From a virus (lineage: Duplodnaviria > Caudoviricetes), in the IMG/VR virus record IMGVR_UViG_3300037634_003862, positions 1 through 36,110 of that record: a stretch of 36,110 nt of DNA; one strand, written 5' to 3'. The notes under the pieces were generated by a model that worked only from the letters and a program-made list of their open reading frames with translations, was not told the DNA's origin and made no database searches. The position numbers were made by a program, and so were the translations under genes. Positions 25,300 through 36,110 of the stretch are shown here, in pieces. Numbering within the stretch: the stretch's first letter is position 1; each line of letters begins with the position of its first letter.

Positions 25300-26216
25300 T
25301 GCCAGAAGAACCAACGAAAGAAACCCCTAAGACAGATATACCAGCAGCAGAACCTGCTATAGACTTAGATTCCACAGTTAAAGTGGATGGAGAAGAAATT
25401 TCAGTTAGAGATTTATTAACCTCTAGAGATGAGGCTACGAAATTAAAAGAGTATAATGAACATGCTAAAACTTTGATTTCTTCTGGCCAGCATAGCGATG
25501 AAGATCGCGAGATCTCAGTTAGATACCTTATGAGTCAAGAAGGATATACTCCAGAAGAGATTAATGAGTATGTTAATTGGAGTCAAGATGTAGAGACAGA
25601 TCAACCTGCAGAACAACCCGTTTATGAACAGCCAGCTCCCGTGGCTCAAGAAGAAGAAATTCCCCAAAATGAAGATTACTACCAACAATACCAACAGGAA
25701 ACAGCCATGAGAGAACAAGAAAACAACCGAATGCACGAAATAGAAGAAAGACAACATCGTCTGGGTGCAGACATGATGAAGAAAGAACTTTCTACCGCTA
25801 TTGATACAACACTAACAAACAATGAATATATACAGAAGCTCATGTCTATAGGGAGTGGGGGAGAAAATAGACAAGGAGTCCTTAAAAACGAGGTAGAAAA
25901 CGCTACTTTAGAAGGTCTTAGAAGGCGAAGAGCAGGTGGCGAGAGTTACAGCCCTGCTTGGTTTGCTGAGGAGGCTAGTAAAGCAGCGCAATTAGTGTAT
26001 GATAAATTCCGTTCGGTAATCGGAGACCCTGATAAAATTCAAAGGTCACCGGAAACAGCAACAGACAGTGATAGTTTATTTAATAAACCTCCAGTTGAAC
26101 CTCCTAAGTATGAAAAAGGTGACAACATGGGCGACATTAATGTCAAAGCCCGTGAATACACTCTTGACCATTTACTACGAGGTGCTCAAGATACTGGGGG
26201 AGAATCGAAAGCTTAA
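25299..26216 (+). CDS. capsid scaffolding protein
   Basis: VKVDGEEISVRDL motif; acidic E/Q-rich; directly before the major capsid protein. Confidence 0.75.
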   Translation: MPEEPTKETPKTDIPAAEPAIDLDSTVKVDGEEISVRDLLTSRDEATKLKEYNEHAKTLISSGQHSDEDREISVRYLMSQEGYTPEEINEYVNWSQDVETDQPAEQPVYEQPAPVAQEEEIPQNEDYYQQYQQETAMREQENNRMHEIEERQHRLGADMMKKELSTAIDTTLTNNEYIQKLMSIGSGGENRQGVLKNEVENATLEGLRRRRAGGESYSPAWFAEEASKAAQLVYDKFRSVIGDPDKIQRSPETATDSDSLFNKPPVEPPKYEKGDNMGDINVKAREYTLDHLLRGAQDTGGESKA

Positions 26217-26234
26217 GATTAAAGGAATCTCAAG

Positions 26235-27824
26235 ATGACAGCAGTAGATAATTCACTCTTCAATAGACATGAAGAGCGTATCGAAGAAGTCATCAATAAG
26301 AATATTGAGATTTTCCTTCCTGGTTTAGATCCTATTTGGCGAGATCTTATCTCGACAAGTCAAGGGGTCGGACCTGTTGACGCACTCGGTCGTGACTTAA
26401 AAATACTTAAAGTATTTATGGGTTCAATGGCAGGTGTGCTTGAACAAGGTGCTCCAAGAGGAGATCTCACTCTTTATGGTGACGCAACAGCCCAACCGGG
26501 CAATCGTCTATATACACAAAGCTTAAACGAAGTTTGGCCAGATCCTACCTTGGGTCCAAACGCTATGCCCTACCGTCTCGGTGTTGGTATGCGTTCCATG
26601 ATGTCTAACATCATGTTTACCCTTGGTGAGCTTCAGGCAGAAGCAACTCCCGCCTTTATTGGTGAGATCATTGCTCCCAAACTCGAAGGCTTTGGTCGTA
26701 ATATAGCTCACACACTCTGTAACTATTGGTATGTTAATCAAAACGATGAATATGCAATTTGTCAAATCAAAGATACAGTTCTTTCTGATGGAACAGTAGA
26801 CGGTATAGCCGTTTATTACTGTGCATTTACCCCGACTAACTATGCGATTGACCGCTTCTATGTTGGTCAACGTCTAGATATTTTGGATAATGTAGCTAGT
26901 GCTCCCGATATTGCTAATGCAACTGATGGTTGGAAAAACTCCACCGATGGTGCTCAAGCAAATCGTGTAGAAGTATACGTTGACTATGTTGACGAATTAA
27001 CTTCAACAGTTAGATTGGTTTCACTCACTGATACATTTGACGCAACTACACACGAAACAGTAGCAGATGATGACTGGATCCTCTATGCAGGTTCCGTTGG
27101 CTCCGCTACAGCAACAGGTTTTGCTGGTGTTAACAGTTGGTTAAAATCAGGTGCTTCGGGTGAAAATAACCTTTATCTTATGGGTGCTGACCGTGATCAA
27201 GCCAATCAAATTGATGTGTCACAACACCCAGAGTTTAAATCGTTCACGAAATCGAGCGTTGGTGTTCTTACTGAACACAAGCTTCGACAATATTTGCGTA
27301 GGTTCCACGCAGCTAAAAACAAGTACGGTCAATACATTGACTGCTTGATTGCCAGTGATGGCGTTTGGTTGAACTACGAATCAACGAAAATTGGTCGTGA
27401 AGTATTGGATCGAACTGGTCGCCTTTCAAGCGTGACTAGCGAAGGTTCAAACGAAGGTTTCCAATTCACTATGGACGGACGAAGTTATACGGGTTACACC
27501 TCAACTTATGTTGAAGATGCAGCGGTATATGGAATCCGAAAAGGTGGAAATAACTGGAAGAAGTACATTCCTCCTTCAGTTAGCGGAACTAGTAGCTTCT
27601 CAGGTGCTGATGGTGCTCCTTTTGAATTCATTGCTGGTGCTCTCACCGGTACAGGTACTAACAAATTGCCTATCTATAATACAGATGGCACTAATAATGG
27701 TATCACACGAGTTACAGAAGGCGTTCAAATGCCAGGTCAGATGCGCATGCAATTGGTCCCAGACCAACCTGCAGGTATGAAATTGACAGGTGTAACTACA
27801 GACCGTGTTTGGAGCGAGAACTAA
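26235..27824 (+). CDS. major capsid protein
   Basis: 529 aa after the scaffold, SD AAAGGA, followed by a terminator; the central acidic beta-rich region suggests an insertion domain. Confidence 0.8.
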   Translation: MTAVDNSLFNRHEERIEEVINKNIEIFLPGLDPIWRDLISTSQGVGPVDALGRDLKILKVFMGSMAGVLEQGAPRGDLTLYGDATAQPGNRLYTQSLNEVWPDPTLGPNAMPYRLGVGMRSMMSNIMFTLGELQAEATPAFIGEIIAPKLEGFGRNIAHTLCNYWYVNQNDEYAICQIKDTVLSDGTVDGIAVYYCAFTPTNYAIDRFYVGQRLDILDNVASAPDIANATDGWKNSTDGAQANRVEVYVDYVDELTSTVRLVSLTDTFDATTHETVADDDWILYAGSVGSATATGFAGVNSWLKSGASGENNLYLMGADRDQANQIDVSQHPEFKSFTKSSVGVLTEHKLRQYLRRFHAAKNKYGQYIDCLIASDGVWLNYESTKIGREVLDRTGRLSSVTSEGSNEGFQFTMDGRSYTGYTSTYVEDAAVYGIRKGGNNWKKYIPPSVSGTSSFSGADGAPFEFIAGALTGTGTNKLPIYNTDGTNNGITRVTEGVQMPGQMRMQLVPDQPAGMKLTGVTTDRVWSEN

Positions 27825-27860
27825 ATTAGTTCTTAATTAGAAACATATCCTCCTGTGTTG

Positions 27861-27900
27861 GGAAGGGGGTCTGCCGAGTATGGTAGGCCCTCTTTCTTTT
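27861..27900 (+). terminator. rho-independent terminator after the capsid gene
   Basis: GGAAGGGGGTCTGCC-gagtat-GGTAGGCCCTCTTTC-TTTT. Confidence 0.8.
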
Positions 27901-27908
27901 GGTATACT
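27900..27908 (+). promoter_or_regulatory. extended -10 element for a leaderless transcript
   Basis: TGgTATACT, then 6 nt, then ATG 27915; no SD; immediately after the terminator. Confidence 0.55.
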
Positions 27909-27914
27909 GTCTAT

Positions 27915-28451
27915 ATGGATATAAAAGTATTTACAACACCATATGAAGAAGCAATTAATACAGGTCTCGTATTGGGAGAAGACCATCAGATTCTAGAGGA
28001 TGGAATGTGGATTAACCATATTCGAAGAGAAACGGGTAGAAAAGATTTATTTGTCTACTATCATAAGCTTACAGAGAAATTCGTATTGGCTCATTGGATT
28101 TACCCCCCGTGGGAGGTAGATAAGCCCGTATGTTTAGAACTAACCACAATGGACTTACCTCCTGATAGAGGAGGATGGATCCCCACTCCTTTAGTAAAAC
28201 TTAGATGTAGAGCCACAGACCCTGCGGAAAAATTGATGAGTAAGAGAATCCAAGAAAGAGATGATGCAAAAGAGGCAGATAGAACGGAACGTCTAGAGAG
28301 GCGTACTAGCATGGTAGACCACCTTAAGAGGAAGGGTCAACATGATATCGCTAGTAGTTTGTCTCACTCTAATGTAAACTATACAGAAGATAGCCAAATA
28401 AAAGAAGATCTTATTAATGCGGGTAAGGGAAGGATAGTAACTAGTGCATAG
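27915..28451 (+). CDS. hypothetical protein
   Basis: Start moved to ATG 27915 (MDIKVF) because the ORF-track start lies upstream of the terminator. Confidence 0.7.
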   Translation: MDIKVFTTPYEEAINTGLVLGEDHQILEDGMWINHIRRETGRKDLFVYYHKLTEKFVLAHWIYPPWEVDKPVCLELTTMDLPPDRGGWIPTPLVKLRCRATDPAEKLMSKRIQERDDAKEADRTERLERRTSMVDHLKRKGQHDIASSLSHSNVNYTEDSQIKEDLINAGKGRIVTSA

Positions 28452-31131
28452 TACAAATTCTATATTGATGACAACACTTGAGAGGATTCGTACCTTTTTG
28501 GACGATCCATCTCTTGATGCTAAATATACAAACCATTTTCTAATATCACATGTTATCGAGCCAGAGATGGTTAATGTAATAACTGGTATTAACCAACAAA
28601 GAGAGGATCCTATACTTTGTAAGTTTTCATTGGATAACCTTGAAGTCAATAATACGAGCATAGAACTTCCTCCTAATGTAGGAACCATTTATAGAATTAC
28701 CTCACTAAATGCTGCAGGGGATGTATTAGATGACATAGCCAAGAGAGATGATACAGATCCTCGTGGTCCAGGTTGGCATCTTGATGGTAGAGATTTGTAC
28801 CTTCGTCCTGATTGGACACCTGACACTGCAGGTTACGAAGTTTGGTACGCACCCTCTGGTGACTTTTCCCCCCATTACAGTGCTGATGGTGGAGAACTTG
28901 AATCGGGAGCATTAACCTTTGTATTAGATTCTACTCCTGATGTAGGAGATTATGACCGAAGAGAAGGTGCTTATATAGGAGGAGTTCTTCGAGTATGGAA
29001 CGCCGATAAAACGATAATTCAAGAGCAAGTCATATCAGGATACGATGTTTCAACAAAAACGGTAACTGTCCGTAGGGCATTTGGTACCGCAGATATTCCT
29101 GTTGCAAGTTCTTTAAGATACGAGATTGTACCTGAGTATATGGGACATATTTGGCAAGCCGTTGCTCTAGCAGGGTCGATGAATCTTGGTGCTGCTAGAA
29201 ATATAAACGAAAAACAAATGGGCTTCCTTAAAGAACAGTTTAGTTTAGCACTACAAAGTGCAATGGTTTTAACTGCTAACAAGATAGACAATAAAAGTAT
29301 AGCCCCTGAGAACTCTGTTCTTTACGATATAATTCAAAGAATTCGTTGGGGACTTCCTGGGACAATGGAAACAGGAATATCAAACGATTACATCATGCGT
29401 TCTGCTGTGGGTCCAAAGCTGGCAGAAGTATCAACGCTAATAAACGGTATTAGTGACTCTCAAACTGTCGTAAGACAAAACATTACCTTTGTTTCGGATC
29501 AGGAGTTTTATAATCTACCTCCTTGTGTTGGTAAGATACTTAGAATTTCAAAACTCTCAACCACAATTAAGAAGGGGTTGGTAGTAGATGAAATTCGTCA
29601 ACGAGACGAGAACGACCCTAATGGTGAAGGGTGGTCTGTACAAGGACTTAGGTTGTCTATGAGACCTATACCTTATGATTATGCAGGTGAAGGTGTTAAC
29701 CTTGCGAATTATACAATCTGGTATACGCCTAGTGGAGACTTCATGCCTCACTACGCAAGCAACGGCAGCCTAGCTGATGGGGAGAAAGTACTTACATTGA
29801 GTGGGGGTAACTTATTCTCAAGACAGTTAGGAACAATAGATAAAAGAGATAATGCTTATTTAGGTGCAACACTTAGAGTATTCCAAGAAGATGGTTCAAT
29901 AGAAGAAAGAACTATTACTGCTCATGACGCAGGAGCAGGAACAGTTACGGTAACGGAAGCGTTTACAGGTTTTGCATCAGCGGGACCGAATGTTTGTGCG
30001 TATGAAATAGTGTCTCCTTGGATGTACAGTATAATGAGTGCAGTAGTGGCTAGGTCTATATTGGAATTGGTCGCATTGAAAGGACAGATTTCGGAATCCG
30101 ATATGGCGATAGTTGCGGAGTCTGCGAAGTCCTCCCTTACCGCAGCGATAACGAATGCAAAAGAGAAGAATTCTCAAGAGATTGTTCCAAATAAAGATTC
30201 CTCCCTGCACATGATATTGGAAAAGACTAAGACTATTCTTAGTGATGTCGCTAAAGAACTTGACTATTCGGACGACTATATTTTTAGGCACGGTATTACA
30301 CCCGAGTATAGCAGAGTAATGTCTCGGATTCAAAACACCTCAAGCGATTACATAATTGCAAAAACTACAGTTTCTTTCGTTAAAGACCAACAGTATTATG
30401 AACTACCCTCCTGTATAGGAGAAATATTGCGAATAGTCACGATGTATGATGACGGAAGAATAAAGACGGAATTACTTCCTAGAAATCAATACCACACAAA
30501 AGGTCCCAATTGGAGTATAGAAGGAAATAGACTTTCTATTAGACCCTTCCCTCAAATTGCTGAAGACGTAGAGATATGGTACATACCTACGGTAGATGTT
30601 AAACCTCATTATGCCGAAGATGGAAAAGTAAATTTAACTCGGGCGGCTATATCCCTTTCTCTGTCTGAAGGTGGTTGGGGTTCTTCAATGTTAGGAGATA
30701 TAGATAGAAGAAAAGGAATCTATCAAGGTTGTCTTATTAGAGTGATAACTAATAAGGGAGAGATAGAAGAAAGGATTATTGACGAGTATGTTATGAATGC
30801 AGCAGAAGGAACAGGATATCCTAGTTCGGTAGTTTTAAGTTCTACTCTTACCGAAACATCTTTATCAGATAGTATAGTTAAGTACGAGATACTCCCTTCG
30901 TACTTCCATGCTGTAGCAGAAGCAGTTGCACAAGGAGCAGCGATGAACTTATTAGTAGGGGCAAGAAAAGTAACAAAGGCACAGTATGCAATGTTGCTAT
31001 CTAACTTTAAATCTGCGATGAAGACTGCAATGGATCATCACACATTCAAGCAGAATCGTATACCTAAATCATACGATAAAGACACCGTAGACAACCGAAA
31101 CAAATACGGTGGTCTCTATGGCATTCGGTAG
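28444..31131 (+). CDS. head-tail adaptor-like protein made of three tandem ~290-aa units
   Basis: Each unit has S.L....., LP..(V/I)G.I.RI, G..W...G..L..RP, WY.P..D..PHY, G..D.R...Y.G...RV and YEI; units start near 28456, 29311 and 30196. Confidence 0.7.
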   Translation: MHSTNSILMTTLERIRTFLDDPSLDAKYTNHFLISHVIEPEMVNVITGINQQREDPILCKFSLDNLEVNNTSIELPPNVGTIYRITSLNAAGDVLDDIAKRDDTDPRGPGWHLDGRDLYLRPDWTPDTAGYEVWYAPSGDFSPHYSADGGELESGALTFVLDSTPDVGDYDRREGAYIGGVLRVWNADKTIIQEQVISGYDVSTKTVTVRRAFGTADIPVASSLRYEIVPEYMGHIWQAVALAGSMNLGAARNINEKQMGFLKEQFSLALQSAMVLTANKIDNKSIAPENSVLYDIIQRIRWGLPGTMETGISNDYIMRSAVGPKLAEVSTLINGISDSQTVVRQNITFVSDQEFYNLPPCVGKILRISKLSTTIKKGLVVDEIRQRDENDPNGEGWSVQGLRLSMRPIPYDYAGEGVNLANYTIWYTPSGDFMPHYASNGSLADGEKVLTLSGGNLFSRQLGTIDKRDNAYLGATLRVFQEDGSIEERTITAHDAGAGTVTVTEAFTGFASAGPNVCAYEIVSPWMYSIMSAVVARSILELVALKGQISESDMAIVAESAKSSLTAAITNAKEKNSQEIVPNKDSSLHMILEKTKTILSDVAKELDYSDDYIFRHGITPEYSRVMSRIQNTSSDYIIAKTTVSFVKDQQYYELPSCIGEILRIVTMYDDGRIKTELLPRNQYHTKGPNWSIEGNRLSIRPFPQIAEDVEIWYIPTVDVKPHYAEDGKVNLTRAAISLSLSEGGWGSSMLGDIDRRKGIYQGCLIRVITNKGEIEERIIDEYVMNAAEGTGYPSSVVLSSTLTETSLSDSIVKYEILPSYFHAVAEAVAQGAAMNLLVGARKVTKAQYAMLLSNFKSAMKTAMDHHTFKQNRIPKSYDKDTVDNRNKYGGLYGIR

Positions 31132-31771
31132 TGCAACACCTGATATCTCTAACCAAGCTTGGGAAATAATGTGGAGTATTGCATCTTCACAGGGTGTAAC
31201 AAACGCAGAAAGAAAGAGAGCAGAAAAAGGATTCAACATAAAGAACGAGTGGGGGGGTTGGCCTTTTAAAAATAATGATTGGGATAGAGGTGCAGATTTA
31301 CCTTCTATTCACTCAGTATTTATTAAATTCATTAAAAACTTTACGAGTGATCTTGCAAACTCTGAAGTAGTTATCAATATGCCGCAACCTCCAACATTAG
31401 GACCAGTAGGAGACCCAGGTCCTCAAGGAGCAACGGGACCAACTGGGCCTGAAGGACATGCAGGGGCACAAGGTATACAAGGACCAGAAGGTGCTACAGG
31501 TGATACAGGTGATACAGGTGACGAGGGTCCTTCTATAATAGGTGACCCAGGCGAAATAGGGCCTGATGGTCCCCGAGGACCACAAGGTTCAACGGGTCCA
31601 ATAGGTTCAACAGGACCGACAGGTGATACGGGTCCGACAGGTGATACAGGTCCAACAGGAAGTTCAACGGGTCCAACAGGGCCTAGAGGTTCAACAGGAC
31701 CCACAGGCGATACCGGACCAACGGGTACTATACCTTACTGTTCTGGTGTTATCGGGTGGAATTCTCCGTAA
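31118..31771 (+). CDS. collagen-like (GXT) protein, probable fibre
   Basis: Long G-X-Y run ([10 protein letters not shown]) at ~31400-31730; start ATG 31118. Confidence 0.8.
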   Translation: MAFGSATPDISNQAWEIMWSIASSQGVTNAERKRAEKGFNIKNEWGGWPFKNNDWDRGADLPSIHSVFIKFIKNFTSDLANSEVVINMPQPPTLGPVGDPGPQGATGPTGPEGHAGAQGIQGPEGATGDTGDTGDEGPSIIGDPGEIGPDGPRGPQGSTGPIGSTGPTGDTGPTGDTGPTGSSTGPTGPRGSTGPTGDTGPTGTIPYCSGVIGWNSP

Positions 31772-34700
31772 TGACTGTCAATTTAGAAATTGACGATCTG
31801 TTATTTGATTACTCTTTCTCTATAGATACGACTAAGGAAATGGAGAAGGGTTTTGGTCAATCATTAGAACAAGAGTCTAATATTAGAGGCAGGTTAGGAT
31901 TAAATTTCCAAGCGAATCAAAGACCTCCTTCTTTTGCAACACCTTCAAATATTACTAATTGGGGTTCTTCAGAAAGAAACGGGGGCGGGGAAGTAATAAG
32001 CGAAGAAGACGGAGAAATTTCAACAGGTTTTCCGGGACCACCAGGATTTTTTGGTCCGATAGGTCCTCGCTTAGGATCAGGATCAGGGAATCAAGGTGCA
32101 GTTGGCACAGTAGGACCAACGGGACCAGAGGGAATCCAAGGAACTGAGGGTCCAACTGGTTATGGGCTAACAGGACCTGACGGTTCAACAGGTAAGACTG
32201 GACCAGAGGGAATCTTAGGAAAAACGGGACCTGTGGGAATTCCGGGTTCAAGTGGTCGCGGAGCGACAGGACCAGCAGGTGTTGGACCGACAGGACCGAC
32301 AGGTTCAACGGGTTCTGGAAAAACGGGACCTGCGTTAGACCCGTGGGACCCACCTTGCGAGTGTTGTATTGGAGAGGAGATAGCATGGATTAAGTTTCCT
32401 GATCCCACATATCCTTCGTTACCTGCGGGAGATGATCGACAATGCACTATGGGTGAAACTCATTCCTTCATTCTTTACTATAAAACTCCTGCAGGTGTAC
32501 CTAAGATTTTAGACTACCACAAAGCTGGAAATTATGATAATGGTAATGACACATGGTATTACAACGATGCAAACGATCACAGTCAAGGTGGTTCTACAAT
32601 AACTCAAAAATACAAACCTAAGTTCCTTGACGATCACGGAGACTCTGATGGGTTTTTAGCGGCAAATGTCGCGACTGATTTTACTCAGAATGAATGTTGG
32701 CAACTAGATGCTTACAGAAGAGGTTTGGGTGAACCGGGTGTAATATGGGGAGAAAGCAATTTAACCAATGAGTTAGACGGGCACGGAGTTTGTGGGTGTT
32801 CCGAACAAACAGCCTTAGGTATGAGTATATCAATGGAACAAGTGAGAGTGAATGCTGTGACTGAATTAGGTTTGTGGCCCGGGAATGATGATTGGGGTAG
32901 TGATAATCCGTTTTGCGACCCCACTTGGGAACTCGGCAATAGTCCTGCACAAGTAAATCATGAATGGAAGACAAATAGTAAAGGAAGATTCTTAATTGGT
33001 GATGCACTATGGTGGCACGGTTGGAGAACACCAGGTCCTGATGCTCAATCAGGTACTGTGTCTTGCCATGTCGTTGATGGGTGCCACTCAATCTGGGCGG
33101 GTGGTGAGGCACAAGTCGAATATAATTGTGAGGATAACTGGGCATGGCCAAAAACACCCCCCATGGCTCACGGATACGACCCCCAAGGATACCAGATTGA
33201 AGGGTGCAAAATGGGTCCTGGAGCCGATGCGTTCTGTGATTGTATACTGTTAGATTCTCGGAGGGATATGGATCCATATGACACCTGTTATTATGATTTA
33301 GAAGACGAGTGGGGTGGTGTTGGTTGTGACGATAACTTAGGATGTGGTTTGTTCTATTGTGACGTTAATATGGGTAATAGTACATGGGGAGTAACTTATT
33401 CTTCAAATGATAGTGATGATATGATTGAAGCGTATACACCTGACTCATTAATAACGTATGCTCCTTCTAACCCCCACTTTAATATGTATGATGAAGCGAC
33501 TTGTCCCCCTGAGGGTGATAATTGTTACCAATGGCAATGTTCCCGACAGGATTCTTATGCCGCAAATGACGATACTTGGTACGATCACGGAAAAACGGGG
33601 ATGGCAAGATTATGGAATGGCGACCCTATAGTTTCTGATGAGGGACAGGAATTTCATAACCAAGCTCCATGGGGTTGTGAGGCTGCTGAGGAATCTGTTG
33701 TGGATTGCAATGCAGTTGTTACCAACTCGATTGACAACAGCGGAAAATTCGGGGTGGGATGCCATCGTACTATAGCAGAATATTATGGGTACTATACTTC
33801 TGATCTTATTTATAGACCTCCCCATTCAGATAATTTGTGTCCGAATGGACTATTACTGGACCATGCTGGTAACCGAAGGAGTAGCCCCCTTTGTGATCAC
33901 AAGTTCGATGGTATAGGGGATGGATATACGTGGTTAAAATATGTCATACCTAAAAGTTCCGGTGATGCAACTGGCGATGAGTATGGCCAACCTTTTACAC
34001 ATAGTTGGTACGCACCCCCCTCACGAGTATTGATAGCCCCAGGAGAATATACGCATCTTGATTTCATGCCTGTAAAAATGGAAGGACAACTTGCTCCGAG
34101 TGCAGGTCAAAACCATTGCCCTAGAAAACCATTCCCTACTTTAGTTATGAATGGTAAGACTATGGCTGATGAACTTAGAGACCACTTTGCTAATAATCCT
34201 TCAGAGTTAGATCAATTCGGCACAGAAGTTCTAACAGTAGACTTACACGTTATGGTGTTAACTTCTTGGTGTGTCAAAAGCGTGGCTTCCTCGGGAGATA
34301 GATGTACAGACGGCCCTGGATGGGGAGGCGAGGCTGGCGCGATGGCTTCCTCACCGTGGCCTCTTTACGACCCGTGGCCTCACTTAGCACCTCATGTGTC
34401 AGAACATTGGTCTTGGTACGAATCTGGTCATCCGGCATACGAGAACTTTTATGGTGAATGCACCTATAAGGATTGTGATGGTTGCGGGGACGGGTGTTCG
34501 TGCGGTGAAAGATGGGGCGATGACATCAACCACCTTTATGCCTACTGGGAGAGACCAAGAGCACCTTGGCATTGTTATAAAGGAGGAAAAGAGGACGGAA
34601 ACAACTGCGAAAAAATAGCCCGTGGCGGCCGGTCAATGGACTGGGATGAACCTTGGGATGGTCTATGTCTCGGGCGTTTCGAGGAATGTTTAAGCGACCA

Positions 34701-35283
34701 AGATAACTCCGAAGGTTTTTGCGGATACGATGACCCAGCCGATGTTCCTGGAACCCTCCCTTTGACAACTACACATGCAGGGTCAAGATATTACACAGGA
34801 CTCCCTGCATTTTCTTACCACGGTGACACTGAACCTCACCAGTTTACCGACAAGCCAGGAATCGCCCCTTGGGATGCCATGGATAATGGTGTTGATGTCT
34901 ATTACGCAAGACACTGGTTAAACGGAGTTTATCTATCACCTATTGATTGTGATTGTGCCGTTGGTGGAAGCGATGACCCTAACGACTTCAATGAGGATAC
35001 ATATAAGAATTGGTATTGGCACCAAAATGCTGCTGGACCCTTTAAAAGATGGGAACAGACAGATGCCTATAAAGGAGGTTTCCCTGTACATAGTGATGTC
35101 GGCTCTGGAAACGGTATAAATACAGAGCCTCACATTTCTAGGATGCACCACTATTTAACGGATTACTTTGATTTACCTAAGTGGTCTTTTGAAATTGAAA
35201 CGGAATGGACAAACACTAATGCAATTGAACTTTCATATATGACTCTTACCGACTATACTATAGAAACAGCCTGTATCTATTAA
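31771..35283 (+). CDS. collagen-like, Cys/Trp/Asp-rich protein (tail fibre/receptor-binding candidate)
   Basis: TAATG coupling at 31769-31773; G-X-Y run at ~32030-32330; ~42 Cys counted in the remainder. Confidence 0.7.
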   Translation: MTVNLEIDDLLFDYSFSIDTTKEMEKGFGQSLEQESNIRGRLGLNFQANQRPPSFATPSNITNWGSSERNGGGEVISEEDGEISTGFPGPPGFFGPIGPRLGSGSGNQGAVGTVGPTGPEGIQGTEGPTGYGLTGPDGSTGKTGPEGILGKTGPVGIPGSSGRGATGPAGVGPTGPTGSTGSGKTGPALDPWDPPCECCIGEEIAWIKFPDPTYPSLPAGDDRQCTMGETHSFILYYKTPAGVPKILDYHKAGNYDNGNDTWYYNDANDHSQGGSTITQKYKPKFLDDHGDSDGFLAANVATDFTQNECWQLDAYRRGLGEPGVIWGESNLTNELDGHGVCGCSEQTALGMSISMEQVRVNAVTELGLWPGNDDWGSDNPFCDPTWELGNSPAQVNHEWKTNSKGRFLIGDALWWHGWRTPGPDAQSGTVSCHVVDGCHSIWAGGEAQVEYNCEDNWAWPKTPPMAHGYDPQGYQIEGCKMGPGADAFCDCILLDSRRDMDPYDTCYYDLEDEWGGVGCDDNLGCGLFYCDVNMGNSTWGVTYSSNDSDDMIEAYTPDSLITYAPSNPHFNMYDEATCPPEGDNCYQWQCSRQDSYAANDDTWYDHGKTGMARLWNGDPIVSDEGQEFHNQAPWGCEAAEESVVDCNAVVTNSIDNSGKFGVGCHRTIAEYYGYYTSDLIYRPPHSDNLCPNGLLLDHAGNRRSSPLCDHKFDGIGDGYTWLKYVIPKSSGDATGDEYGQPFTHSWYAPPSRVLIAPGEYTHLDFMPVKMEGQLAPSAGQNHCPRKPFPTLVMNGKTMADELRDHFANNPSELDQFGTEVLTVDLHVMVLTSWCVKSVASSGDRCTDGPGWGGEAGAMASSPWPLYDPWPHLAPHVSEHWSWYESGHPAYENFYGECTYKDCDGCGDGCSCGERWGDDINHLYAYWERPRAPWHCYKGGKEDGNNCEKIARGGRSMDWDEPWDGLCLGRFEECLSDQDNSEGFCGYDDPADVPGTLPLTTTHAGSRYYTGLPAFSYHGDTEPHQFTDKPGIAPWDAMDNGVDVYYARHWLNGVYLSPIDCDCAVGGSDDPNDFNEDTYKNWYWHQNAAGPFKRWEQTDAYKGGFPVHSDVGSGNGINTEPHISRMHHYLTDYFDLPKWSFEIETEWTNTNAIELSYMTLTDYTIETACIY

Positions 35284-35295
35284 CAAGGAGAATAC

Positions 35296-36110
35296 ATGAG
35301 CGACCCATTAGAACACCAAACAATCAAACAAGCAATAAAGAATGAACTCCCTACTCTAGGAAGGAAGTCGCCAAAGGAAGAGGCAAATTGGGCGCACGAA
35401 CAAAGAAGGAAACACATAAAGGAAAGAGAGAACGCAGAGTCATCCCAAGAACTCGTTCGCATGAAAAAGTCTTTAGTTAATATGGAACTAAAGTTCGAAG
35501 AGCGGATTGAAAATATAAATCATACTATGTTGTCTATTGCCACTCACCTAGAAGAACTATCAAAAAGACCTCCTGTTATCGAGAGGATTGAAAAAGTAAT
35601 AACAGAAGTTTCTGTTCCTCAGAAGGTAGAAGTTTCTACTTCTGATTGGAACCCACAAAAGTCAAGCATGCTTCTATGGGACAAAGACCAAAACGGTATC
35701 TCATGGGATAACAGATATAAGGGAGGAAAAATCTTCCTCGTATGTGGTGGTCCATCACTCAACGACTTAGACCTATCACTCATAGATAATCGTGGTGTCA
35801 TGAGTATGTGCATGAACAATTCATGGTGTAAGGTTAAACCCGACTTCTGGATAGGATTTGATGTTCCGGGAAGATTCCACACGAATGGTTGGATGGACCC
35901 CTCAATCATTAAGCTTGTACCGTGGCACCAAAGACTATTCAAGATAAATCATAGAGTGGGGGAAGTTATTGTAGATAAGGAGATAGATACTACAGAACTT
36001 CCAAACTGTTGGTATCTCTCGAATACTACTACATTTGACTTGGATACGTGGTTTACCGAAAGAAATTGTAATTGGGGAGGAGAGGTTAAAGGATTAGAAC
36101 CTGAGGGGGG
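35296..36110 (+). CDS. DUF115/Maf/sialyltransferase-like protein with N-terminal coiled coil (runs off the right edge)
   Basis: Not in the ORF track. Open from ATG 35296 (SD AAGGAG) to the end; contains RYKGGKIFLVCGGPSLNDLDL...MCMNNSW...PDFWIGFD. Confidence 0.7.
   Translation, partial: MSDPLEHQTIKQAIKNELPTLGRKSPKEEANWAHEQRRKHIKERENAESSQELVRMKKSLVNMELKFEERIENINHTMLSIATHLEELSKRPPVIERIEKVITEVSVPQKVEVSTSDWNPQKSSMLLWDKDQNGISWDNRYKGGKIFLVCGGPSLNDLDLSLIDNRGVMSMCMNNSWCKVKPDFWIGFDVPGRFHTNGWMDPSIIKLVPWHQRLFKINHRVGEVIVDKEIDTTELPNCWYLSNTTTFDLDTWFTERNCNWGGEVKGLEPEG

Noticed and set aside
31397-32447. Minus-strand ORFs with GPV/SPV repeats (31423-31704, 32160-32447 and others)
   Set aside because: Antisense shadows of the collagen codon pattern (GGN CCN ACN) opposite well-supported plus-strand genes.
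32681-33277. 198-aa minus-strand ORF inside the fibre gene
   Set aside because: Antisense to a well-supported gene, with H/L/R-rich shadow-frame composition and no recognisable motif.
34900-35283. DGR variable region at the fibre C-terminus
   Set aside because: No reverse transcriptase in the window and no template-repeat copy noticed.
1-36110. Stop-codon reassignment
   Set aside because: Long genes (polymerase, terminase, portal, capsid, fibre) are intact under the standard code, and TAA, TAG and TGA all end genes.

Overview
A 36 kb piece of a tailed dsDNA phage genome (Caudoviricetes, probably podovirus-like: no tape-measure gene is visible in the window). No host genes, integrase, tRNA or CRISPR array were seen. 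Left arm (1-13.8 kb, minus strand): small early genes separated by long hairpins, then a uracil-DNA glycosylase, a family A DNA polymerase, an HTH protein, an ERCC4 nuclease, a cluster of small membrane and basic proteins, a PD-(D/E)XK nuclease and a truncated P-loop ATPase. Centre (13.8-16.9 kb): a non-coding control region with a symmetric iteron/AT-rich origin candidate, a GT2 glycosyltransferase and an SF3 (D5/P4-like) helicase. Right arm (16.9-36.1 kb, plus strand): a ~1000-aa low-complexity protein, terminase, portal, scaffold, major capsid protein, an internally triplicated adaptor-like protein, two collagen-like proteins (one very Cys-rich) and a truncated DUF115/sialyltransferase-like protein. 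Most notable: the triplicated adaptor, an SD-equipped gene nested out of frame in the polymerase exonuclease domain, the 3+3|AT|3+3 origin, hairpins sharing a loop motif, and a possible virion glycosylation system. All family calls come from motif recognition by eye, not database searches.
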